A stretch of 64,000 bases of DNA from Chrysomallon squamiferum (lineage: Eukaryota > Animalia > Mollusca), in the NCBI GenBank assembly GCA_012295275.1, contig CM022677.1:9610001-9674000 (forward strand), written 5' to 3'. The position numbers were made by a program, and so were the translations under genes. A model generated the notes under the pieces. The model did not search any database. It was not told the origin of the DNA and worked only from the letters and a program-made list of their open reading frames with translations. This document shows, in pieces, positions 1-9,867 of this stretch. How positions within the stretch are numbered: position 1 is the first letter of the stretch; every line of letters starts with the position of its first letter.

Positions 1-593
1 TGTTGTTGTTGTTGTTATTGTGGTCGTTGTTGTAGTACATATAAAGAATGACAAAAATAAAGAAAAATAATGTTTAAAAAAAGAAGCTAATCCCGCCTCG
101 TGGATTAGTTAATTATTCTTTTACTGTTTTATTTATTTATACAGTCTGTAATTTCAGTTAAATATTTATCTGTTTATAAAATTATAATCTGTTTTCATAA
201 GATCAAGAATTTTGAAATATATAATCCCAGTTTTGCATGATTTTGACTGATTGAATATTATTTTATTTATTTTATTTTATATTGTCTATTAATATTAATT
301 TATTATTATTAATTTTATTTTTAATTTAAAAAAGAATAAACTTTTAATTATATATCTTTTTTTTAATCTTTTATATAGTGTTTGTTTCACTAAATACTTC
401 GCTTTTTTAAATCGATTAAAATGTATCAAATTGAGTCAAGTACAGAACACTATTGATCTGGTGTCAAATTGCGTGTTACACGTAAATGTTTTCTCGGTCG
501 AAATTTTATTTTTGTCGATATTCACTGTTTATTGATCGCCAGATAAAACAAAGTCAGCTCCACCAGCGTTACCAGCCGCTCGTGTTTTACTGT

Positions 594-629
594 GTCACGT
601 GACCGCCTCAGCAGCGACAGGTCGCGAGA
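594..629 (+). promoter_or_regulatory. Candidate promoter motifs upstream of the sulfotransferase: palindromic E-box GTCACGTGAC (594-603) and TCGCGAGA (622-629)
   Basis: Both motifs sit in a short CpG-rich patch (~540-640) in very AT-rich DNA. A possible non-coding first-exon donor (GTAAGT) is at 924. Promoter function is inferred. Confidence 0.3.
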
Positions 630-1321
630 TCAAGTCTCACAAGAGGATAAAGAACTGTTTCTCAGGATATCTTGTCATTATTGTGATGAGAAGAAAAAAC
701 TGAAAATGTAAATAGTAAAAATAAGAATTACACACACACACACACACACATAACATAGACAAACAAGTGAATCATGTAGATGAAAACTGACTTGTAATAA
801 AACTAACATTAATCAGCTAATAGTCAATATCACTGACGTTTATACGGTGTTATAAAATTCAGTTAGAAGATATGTTGGATACATTCAGTGTTAATGGATT
901 ACTAGTACTCGTGAACAAAATGTGTAAGTCGATAAATATTATTTCTTTCATATCAGTTTTATTAAACAAAATATTAAAAGTCCAAATGATATGTTAATTT
1001 GCCTCCTCTAACGTAAACTAGGACAATAACAAGCAATGACATTTAGATTGTAAAAGGGAGTTTATTCAATTTTATTTTTGTTTCTTCCGGTTTGTATTCA
1101 TTCATTTTTTATTAGGAAATATAATTATTAAAATAATAATACGTGTTAACAGTTAACATATCATATTCAATATTTTTCTAAATATAATAGTTGTAGTATT
1201 TCAATACTTTATTATTACTATTGTTATTATTACCGTTTTTGCTGTCGTTATTATTATGAACATTATTATTAATATTACTATTGTTGTTGTTATTATTATA
1301 GTTGTTGCTGTTATTATTGTT

Positions 1322-1356
<35 letters not shown>

Positions 1357-1407
1357 TTCTGTTACTTTACTTTCATTCTTTCTTGCATGTGTATATTTCT
1401 TCTATAT

Positions 1408-1727
1408 TCGTGTATGTGCGCGTATCTGTGTGTGTGTTTGTGTGTGTATGTCTGTATGTGTGTGTATGTCTGTGTGTGTATGTCTGTGTGTGTGTTTGTA
1501 TGTATGTGTATGTATGTCTGTGTGTGTGTATCTCTGTGTGTGTATGTCTGTATGTATGTGTGTGTATGTCTGTATGTGTGTGTATGTCTGTGTGTGTGTT
1601 TGTCTGTGTGGGTGTGTTTGTCTGTGTGTGTGTATGTGTATGTGTGTCTGTATGTGTGTGTTTGTGTGTGTGTATGTCTGTATGCGTGTGTTTGTCTGTG
1701 CGTGTGTTTGTATGTGTGTGTGTGCGT
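1408..1727. repeat. Degenerate (TG)n microsatellite with TGTA/TGTC/TGTT interruptions
   Basis: Directly visible; source of the Cys/Val-rich spurious ORFs. Confidence 0.95.
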
Positions 1728-3095
1728 TCGTTTTCTCTTTCCTTTTTCTTTCTTTTCTTATTTCTTTTTTTATTTTATTTTATTTTAAATTTTGTTTCTT
1801 TTTATTTTATATATTTATTTACTTTTTTTTTTACTTTAAGATGTTCCAAAATTGAGATTTGAAATGAATAAGTAAGTAAAATAATAAGTTGACGATGAAA
1901 CATCGTGTATGGTAAGCACTTCTTGAACATATAAAAAAGTATTGGATTCGTAAACATAACGTAATTAAGTAACGAATATTTAACAAAAACTAGACAAATA
2001 TTAATAAAGTAGCAACAGTTTCTATGGCAACCTACTATTTTCATTATTAATGGAGCCATCTAATAATTTTATTCTCTGCCTTATCGCTTTGTAGTTTTCT
2101 GAATTATCTGTATAAATAAACGTAATTTCCACTGAGTACCAGTACATCACATAGATAGACAGATAATCTTACAAACACAAAAATAAGAAAATAAGAGTAA
2201 AGAAGAAGTAAAATAATAACAACGACAAACCAACAAAGTGGACGAGTACAGTTGTTAAACAGTCGAGTATAATTGTTTTCATGTGTTTTGAGCAGTTTTC
2301 AGTTTTTAGACAATATCTCACTGCTGTCTGGGGTAAAGGAAAAGGCGCCCGAAAAAGAATCAATAACTGATTATTTATTACACGAACTACTTGCCTGCGA
2401 GTTGATGTGATACGTGACGCCTGATTTTTAAATGTGAACTAAATCCGTGAGGTCTCTAGAAGCGAACAGTATTCGAGTTTGAGCGATGCGTTCTGACGAC
2501 TTTACGGAATAAACGTAGTTAGCGTAAATTAGTTTGACGCATTACTCAGTGTTCACTTGTAATTCGCCACAGTACTTACAACACGTGTTTTACATGTCGC
2601 CGCTTTTCAAAATAAATGTATGACTAATAAAAGAAACAAATAAATTAATAAATAAAATGTTGTTATAGGTGTAGTTTCGGGCCGTGCTGTTTTTCTCGGT
2701 CTTTTGGTGCGTAGTTCCTTCGCGATTTTGAATGTACATGTAATCATCTAACAAAACTTGCGGTTTTCCACGATTGTATAAACAGAGTTTTATTCACAAA
2801 AGGCCAAGGAGGAAATATGAAAAACTATGAATAGGCCATGTTCATTACATTAACAGATAATCAAATTTGTGTACATTGGTAAATAAAACTATTGTCAGTC
2901 TATAATCAAAACTTGTGAGAACATGAAGAGGCCATGTTCCTTACATACCCAGGTAATCAGGTATCTTGGTAAATGAGTTATTTCGACCAATTGGGAATTC
3001 GTCCTTATGGGACCACACCTTATTTATCATATATAATTATATTTGATATTTTTTATATTAAATTCATTAGGTTACGTTTGTCATACGTTATCAAT

Positions 3096-3128
3096 ATTAT
3101 TAATTAATTAATTAATTAATTAATTAAT

Positions 3129-3172
<44 letters not shown>

Positions 3173-3257
3173 TTGGTTGTTTGTTTATTTATTTATTTAT
3201 TTATTTATTTATTATTATTATTATTATTAATTATTATTATCATTATTATTATTATTA
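3096..3257. repeat. Compound (TTAA)n-(TTTA)n-(TTA)n microsatellite abutting a splice acceptor
   Basis: Directly visible; ends at TTACAG (AG at 3259-3260), just upstream of the sulfotransferase ATG. Confidence 0.9.
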
Positions 3258-3286
3258 CAGTTTTAGGTAACAAACGTATTCGAGAT

Positions 3287-3386
3287 ATGCAACTTCGAAG
3301 ACTGGTTTTTCGGCGACTGTTACGCTGCAGATATATAATAATATTTGGACTGGTCTGTCTCACTCTTCTCGACATCAGTTTCCATG
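3287..3386 (+). CDS. Sulfotransferase coding exon 1 (cytoplasmic tail + TM anchor)
   Basis: ATG at 3287, basic then hydrophobic segment, donor G|GTAAC (phase 1). Confidence 0.8.
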
Positions 3387-3958
3387 GTAACTATTTTCGA
3401 TTTAACAGAATTTGCCTCCTACTCGAAAGAGGAATTAGACGGTTGTAAGAAAATAAACGTAGATTTCAGATTTCACTTGGAGGGGAGGAAATCTTGTGAA
3501 TAACTACAAGAGAAAGTTTATATAATGTACAATTGTACATACACACACTTACACACATCACACCGCACAGTTTTACACGCGTATAGGTGTGTGGGTGTAT
3601 TTAATTTTGTAGAGGTTTTATTTTGCCCAGTCTGTTTAGTTTCGTCAGTTATTTTATTTTATTTATAAATATTTTATTTATTACATAATTTTGTTAACAC
3701 ATTTGTTTATTACAGGAATGAAATGGACGGGCTTCAGGTTTTTTCAAAAAGTTTATGAATTACATGAAGAAACTGAAAGAAATGTGAAATGTCAAAACGA
3801 GAATTTGGTTAAAAAGGTCAGTTTGTTTCTTTAGAATTATATGATTAATTCTGGTTTTAACTGTTCATAGCAATACTATTTGTTGTTGCTTTTCTGTACA
3901 TTTTATAGAGTTATATTAAATTATAAACTATATCATTAGTAACATATATAAATATTTC

Positions 3959-3994
<36 letters not shown>

Positions 3995-4290
3995 TGTATG
4001 TATTTATTTATTCATTCATTCATTTTTTTGTAATTTTTGAAATTTAAAAAATGTTGTTTTAAAATAATGTTTTAAAAAATAATGATAACGATGATGACGA
4101 ACCTTGTTGCATTTATAGAATTTGGTTAAAAAGGTCAGTTTGTTTCTTTAGAATTATATGATTAATTCTGGTTTTAACTGTTCATAGCAATACTATTTGT
4201 TGTTGCTATTGTTGTTGTTGCTTTTCTGTACATTTTATAGAGTTATATTAAATTATAAACTATATCATTAGTAACATATATAAATATTTC

Positions 4291-4334
<44 letters not shown>

Positions 4335-4621
4335 TGTATGTATTTATTTATTAATTCATTCATTTTTAGATCTTGTAATCTTGAAATTTAAAAATGTTGT
4401 TTTAAAAATAATGATAACGATGATGACGAACCTTGTTGCATTTATAGAATTTGGTTAAAAAGGTCAGTTTGTTTCTTTAGAATTATATGATTAATTCTGG
4501 TTTTAACTGTTCATAGCAATACTATTTTTGTTGTTATTATTGTTGTTGTTGCTTTTCTGTACATTTTATAGAGTTATATTAAATTATAAACTATATCATT
4601 AGTAACATATATAAATATTTC

Positions 4622-4661
<40 letters not shown>

Positions 4662-4946
4662 TGTATGTATTTATTTATTCATTCATTCATTTTTAGATCT
4701 TGTAATCTTGAAATTTAAAAATGTTGTTTTAAAAATAATGATAACGATGATGACGAACCTTGTTGCATTTATAGAATTTGGTTAAAAAGGTCAGTTTGTT
4801 TCTTTAGAATTATATGATTAATTCTGGTTTTAACTGTTCATAGCAATACTATTTGTTGTTGCTATTGTTGTTGTTGCTTTTCTGTACATTTTATAGAGTT
4901 ATATTAAATTATAAACTATATCATTAGTAACATATATAAATATTTC

Positions 4947-4994
<48 letters not shown>

Positions 4995-6891
4995 TGTATT
5001 TATTTATTAATTCATTCATTTTTAGATCTTGTAATCTTGAAATTTAAAAATGTTGTTTTAAAAATAATGATAACGATGATGACGAACCTTGTTGCATTTA
5101 TAGATTCCCCCCCCCCCCGTTTACTTCGTCGTGCGGCCTGGCTGGTGCGTTCTGTTGATGTTATTTGTGTGTTTTCCTCATTTACTCGTTTTATTAATTA
5201 ACACCGGAAGAATTCTACATTCGTATTCGCACGTGTTTTACACATTGAGAAAACTGACCGCGGCAGTCGGCCTGAGTTTTAGTTTTGCTAAGTGAAAGTG
5301 TTACATACACGTTTTTAATCACCGCATAGCTCCTGTGTGTTACAGCACAGAATGATATCACCAACAACAGACACGAACCAGTCTAATTTGGTTTGTTGTT
5401 TTCTTCTAATAACGCAATCAAATCCGAGATTTCTAATTTTTGTAATAATAATAATAATAATAATATTTAATTTAATTTTAAAACCTTATACAAACTAAAT
5501 TTCGTCGATTTAGTAGGACAATATATAAACCTTTCTTACTTTTTCTATAGTTGTACGTATATTTGTCTATGAAAGCATAGTGTGAGTGTGTGTGCATATG
5601 TGCGTTTATGTATTGTTATAACATACAGTTAGTTTCAACAATTCAAATTAAAGTGTATGCTATAAGTATAATTATTTTTAACCTGTTATTTCAGATAAAA
5701 ATAAAGAGTGGCTTTAGTATAAATCAACATGACAGTGAAAACATGACGTTTTATGACGTTTACTCGTTGTTTGCTGAAAACGAGAAGATAGTTTCACAGA
5801 CACGACAAGTTTGTCGTGGTAGAGAAACTGAGTTACTCGGTCTGTCGTCACAGTCGTGGGCGTATGACAGATTAGAAATCGACAGAGATCATGGCATCCT
5901 CTACTGTCCGCTGCTGAAATCAGGGTCCACTTTTTGGCGGAGAGTTTTCTACGCGGTGCATGCAGGGCGGGTTGTTGATACCCCATACGACGTGACGATT
6001 GGACAGGCTCTGGGGGGTAACCTGGACACGTTAGGTAAGGTGTTTCCGTCAAACAGCTCTTCAAGACAGCTATTTCTAAATGATGCCTTAAAAATAATGT
6101 TTGTTCGCGAGCCGTATTCCAGACTACTGTCTGGTTATGTGGACAAACTCTTCTCACCAAACCCTTACTTCTGGAATGCTATTGGAAAGTATATAACAAC
6201 CAACTTCAGGAACAACCCTTCAAAACACAGCAAAAACTGTGGTCATGACGTCACATTCCCAGAATTCATCAAATACGTCATCTACAGTGAAGAAAAGAAC
6301 AACACGTACCGTAACGCCCATTTCACTCCCGCATATGACACGTGTAAACCGTGTCAGATCAACTACAACGTCATCGGAAAAATGGACAGATTCAAGGAAG
6401 ACGCAAGCTTTATATTTAACAACCTGGGATACAACATTTCTAAATCCACATTAAAAACGTGGGCGACGGCGGCAGAAGAAGACGCCGTGACCGACTCAAC
6501 TCTGAGTCCGTTCGGCTGGTGGCGCTGGATCGTGAGGTGCATGCCAGCGGAAGAAGCGGGGAAGAGAATCTGGAAGAAGATGCAGATACGCGGAATCCTC
6601 GACAAGCGCATCAAATACCCGTTTAAAAACAAAAATATAAAAAATATGTCAGCCACAACTTTTATTCACGCCGTCCTCAAAGCGAGAGATGCAAGTGATA
6701 GGAGGAATTTAAAAAAGCAGAAACTGGAAGCGCTGAGAGAAGCGTTCAGCTCGCTGGAAAGAGACGACGTCGTTAAACTTCAGACGTTGTTCCGTCCTGA
6801 CTTCCACATGTTTGGTTATGATGAACAACGAGCAGATATTTTTATAAACAGCTCGTTACATACCTGGGTTTTTAATCTCAGCACACTTTAA
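3287..6891 (+). CDS. Carbohydrate sulfotransferase, Sulfotransfer_2 family (CHST8-14 / CHST11-like), 465 aa; join(3287..3386,3716..3816,5695..6891)
   Basis: Type II membrane N-terminus MQLRRLVFRRLLRCRYIIIFGLVCLTLLDISF. 5'-PSB motif YCPLLKSGSTFWRRVF, 3'-PB motif FVREPYSRLLSGYVDKL, HFTPAYDTCKPCQINYNVIGK, and C-terminal FRPDFHMFGY. GT-AG introns of phase 1 and 0 join in frame. Confidence 0.9.
3716..3816 (+). CDS. Sulfotransferase coding exon 2 (stem region, GMKWTGFRFFQKV...NLVKK)
   Basis: TTACAG acceptor, AAG|GTCAGT donor, open frame, phases 1/0 match the flanking exons. Confidence 0.8.
3802..5103 (+). repeat. Four tandem copies of a ~317-329 bp unit containing the 3' end of exon 2 and its splice donor
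   Basis: Units start AATTTGGTTAAAAAGGTCAGTTTG at 3802, 4119, 4448 and 4775 and end ...CCTTGTTGCATTTATAG. Copies are near-identical apart from small indels and (TTTA)n length. Confidence 0.95.
5695..6891 (+). CDS. Sulfotransferase coding exon 3 (catalytic domain)
   Basis: TTTCAG acceptor at 5694; 398 codons to TAA at 6889-6891; PAPS-binding motifs present. Confidence 0.95.
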   Translation: MKIKSGFSINQHDSENMTFYDVYSLFAENEKIVSQTRQVCRGRETELLGLSSQSWAYDRLEIDRDHGILYCPLLKSGSTFWRRVFYAVHAGRVVDTPYDVTIGQALGGNLDTLGKVFPSNSSSRQLFLNDALKIMFVREPYSRLLSGYVDKLFSPNPYFWNAIGKYITTNFRNNPSKHSKNCGHDVTFPEFIKYVIYSEEKNNTYRNAHFTPAYDTCKPCQINYNVIGKMDRFKEDASFIFNNLGYNISKSTLKTWATAAEEDAVTDSTLSPFGWWRWIVRCMPAEEAGKRIWKKMQIRGILDKRIKYPFKNKNIKNMSATTFIHAVLKARDASDRRNLKKQKLEALREAFSSLERDDVVKLQTLFRPDFHMFGYDEQRADIFINSSLHTWVFNLSTL

Positions 6892-6942
6892 TGTTAATGG
6901 TTATAATTTTTTATTATATTCTCTTGACACCACATTCCTTGT

Positions 6943-6946
<4 letters not shown>

Positions 6947-7023
<77 letters not shown>

Positions 7024-7032
7024 AGTTTTAAA

Positions 7033-7083
<51 letters not shown>
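6947..7083. repeat. (GA)n followed by (ATT)n microsatellites just downstream of the sulfotransferase stop
   Basis: Directly visible. Confidence 0.95.
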
Positions 7084-8742
7084 TTTGATATCAGTGGTAA
7101 CGTATTATTTATTTACTTTGTGAGATTTATTGTGAAAATGGCTGTCCAGTAAATGACATCTGTAGAGAGACTCCAGCCAGATGGAAAACTCTGCAGCACT
7201 AACGAGTCTACGACTTGTAAATGAAGAGTAATTCAGAATTATCAGCTGAACTGATAAACTGTTGACTCCCTGCTAGTTTATCTTCACGTAGGTGTGAACA
7301 TAGATTTCAGAATAGAACAGAACAGAAACACATTTGAAATTAGTGTCTTGAACGTATATCAGTTTATAATATCAGTGAGGCAGCTGCATATTAATCTTGT
7401 GGCCTTCAGACAATAATATTGCCATGGAAATGAAATTCTAAGTTAGTATACCTTTTATAATTCATTTATTTACTATTGACATTCATCTTATTATGTCTTA
7501 ATAATAATGAGGAGAATCTGTTCCAAGCCTTGATTCGAAATAAATAAATAAATAATAAACTAACGGTTTTTTAATACTGGTTTTGTGTATGTCTTGTTTT
7601 GTTTGGTTTGTTGTTGTTGTTTTTTGTTGTTATGGTTATTTGGCGGTGTGGGGTTTGCATACGTATTTGTTTTCTTGTTTTCTGATTTACTGCATAGGAA
7701 ATTTTAAAAACAGTAATAAAAATATCCATTTACTTTCATGATGAAATCTGTCTAGAGGAGATCGGGTTCGAAATGAAATAACTCCAAGCCAAAAACGGTT
7801 AAAAATAGAGTTTATTTCTTCAGAGATAACTGAAAATGTACGTGTGAATAACTTGATTTGTCGAGTAAGAGAATTAAAATCTATAAACACTAAAATCAAT
7901 TTAACTTTGTTTCTGTTTAAATAATGTAACATGTTTACATGTTGTTTATTTAAATTATTACAATGTTAATGCTAACATTACGTAAACCTCATCTATTAAT
8001 AAAAAGTGATTAACTCCTTGTAATACAATACACATTATATCTTTAAATATTAATTTAAATAAAGTAAAATGAAATCATGCTGTATTTTCTTTGACGCCAA
8101 GCGACAAGTATCAGTTTAATCAAACTAACTCAAAGATCTCAAAGCTCGGGTATGTCCAGCTCACAGAGTTAGCGTTCTATTTTTCCTTTTGCTAGAAGTA
8201 TTTTTGGTTTTCCGATGAAAACCTTCACACAATCACAACAAAAGAAACCAGTGTGAACTGTAGACGAGGTACTTAAATTTCAGTGTAGATCGTAAACAAA
8301 CCATCGTCGCTTCTTGACAGGTCACAAATACTCACTTTTGATTGCAGGTTTCTTTCTACTTCAGCAAATAAGTGTTTATAATTATAAACTATACATTAAC
8401 TTTAGCTAACCTACAATTTTAATAGATAGATATAGACATTAGACGGACTGAGAATCAGAGAGTCAGAGAGACAGAGAAAGAAAGCTATGTTCTTTTAGCT
8501 ACTAATAATTTATTTTGAAACACAAATATTCCAGTTGTTCCACTGAAATTGCCGTAAATAAAAGAAAATACTCACCCAGTCTTTATTTCACTGAATATGT
8601 TGAAGTATAGAGTACATATAACATAAAACTATTAATAATGATAATATATATATATTTATAAAAATTATATTATGTATTTTAACATAAATATGGCTAAAGA
8701 TATACCTGTTAATAATGTGTTTTTTCGATGTACATAATAATT

Positions 8743-8794
<52 letters not shown>

Positions 8795-9172
8795 AATGAA
8801 AAATCTATTAATATTTGAAATAAATACTAATAAGTAATGTTATACATGTTGTTTACATTCAGGAAATCAGAAAGCAAGAATATGTTGTTATATGCGAAAT
8901 GCATACCAATAGTGTTGCATATATATATATATATATATATATATACTATAGTAAACTGTTACTTTCTTGTTACACATTATCACATATTAATAATGTTTAT
9001 GATGCATTTATTAATAACATGTGACATAAATATTAAAAACGTGACGTACATATTAATATGGTTATACGAACTACACGTTAGATGACATTTGTGGTAATGA
9101 ATATGTCCAGAAAGTAGTGACATCATGTTAACAACGACATATGACAACAAATATAAAAAGATGACGATGAAG

Positions 9173-9203
<31 letters not shown>

Positions 9204-9663
9204 CAATGTTGTGACTTCACAGTAGCTGATAACAATAGTAAAAATCTGAAAAAAAAAAAAAAAAATTCACGTAAAATATATCTAAAATAGTAAATTTGAT
9301 TAAGCATGTTAAGAAAGTGTGTTTTATATATAGCTTTGACTATACGATGATACAGATGAATACATTGCATACCTCCAAGTTATTCTGATTTTATTTCGTT
9401 TTTTTATTATTATTTTATTACTTATATATTCATATATTCATATATTTTCTTAACCCCGTCCTGTCTTTTTTGAAAACAAAACATTTTAAAAGTACAATAG
9501 CGCAGCCATATTTGTATTATCCCGACGTAAACAGGATGGTCCGGTCTGAGGAAGCAAAAAACTGATCGCGTTCAAGTGTTCAGCAGTACTATTGTACTGA
9601 CGTACTTTATTGTCAGTAAAGACGAGTCGCCTGAAACACTAAACTGATAACTTGGAACAGACG

Positions 9664-9788
9664 TCACTCGTACCGCCACAGGTACAGTTTAACGTGCAGT
9701 GTGAATGAGATGATTCCAATGAAAACCAGGAAGGACGCGTCGTAGTTCCTGCTTCTGCTGCCGTTCACGCACTTCACACCAGCGTCCC
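9664..9788 (-). CDS. Cholinesterase terminal exon (GDAGVKCVNGSRSRNYDASFLVFIGIISFTLHVKLYLWRYE*)
   Basis: TTTCAG acceptor, in frame, TGA at 9666-9664, hydrophobic stretch; AATAAA on the minus strand at 9611-9606. Confidence 0.75.
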
Positions 9789-9805
9789 CTGAAACAGCAC
9801 CAGTA

Positions 9806-9867
<62 letters not shown>

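Noticed and set aside
1256-1862. Cys/Val-rich and poly-Ile/Leu ORFs up to 199 aa
   Set aside because: Translations of (TTA)n and (TG)n microsatellites in all three frames.
5590-5694. N-terminal 35 codons of the 433-aa ORF
   Set aside because: Starts at GTG in intron-like sequence. The TTTCAG acceptor at 5694 and upstream TM-encoding exons give a better model.
8325-8600. Two minus-strand GTGAGTATTT donor-like sites downstream of the cholinesterase stop, as a possible T-type exon
   Set aside because: No Trp-rich WAT peptide or convincing in-frame exon could be built.
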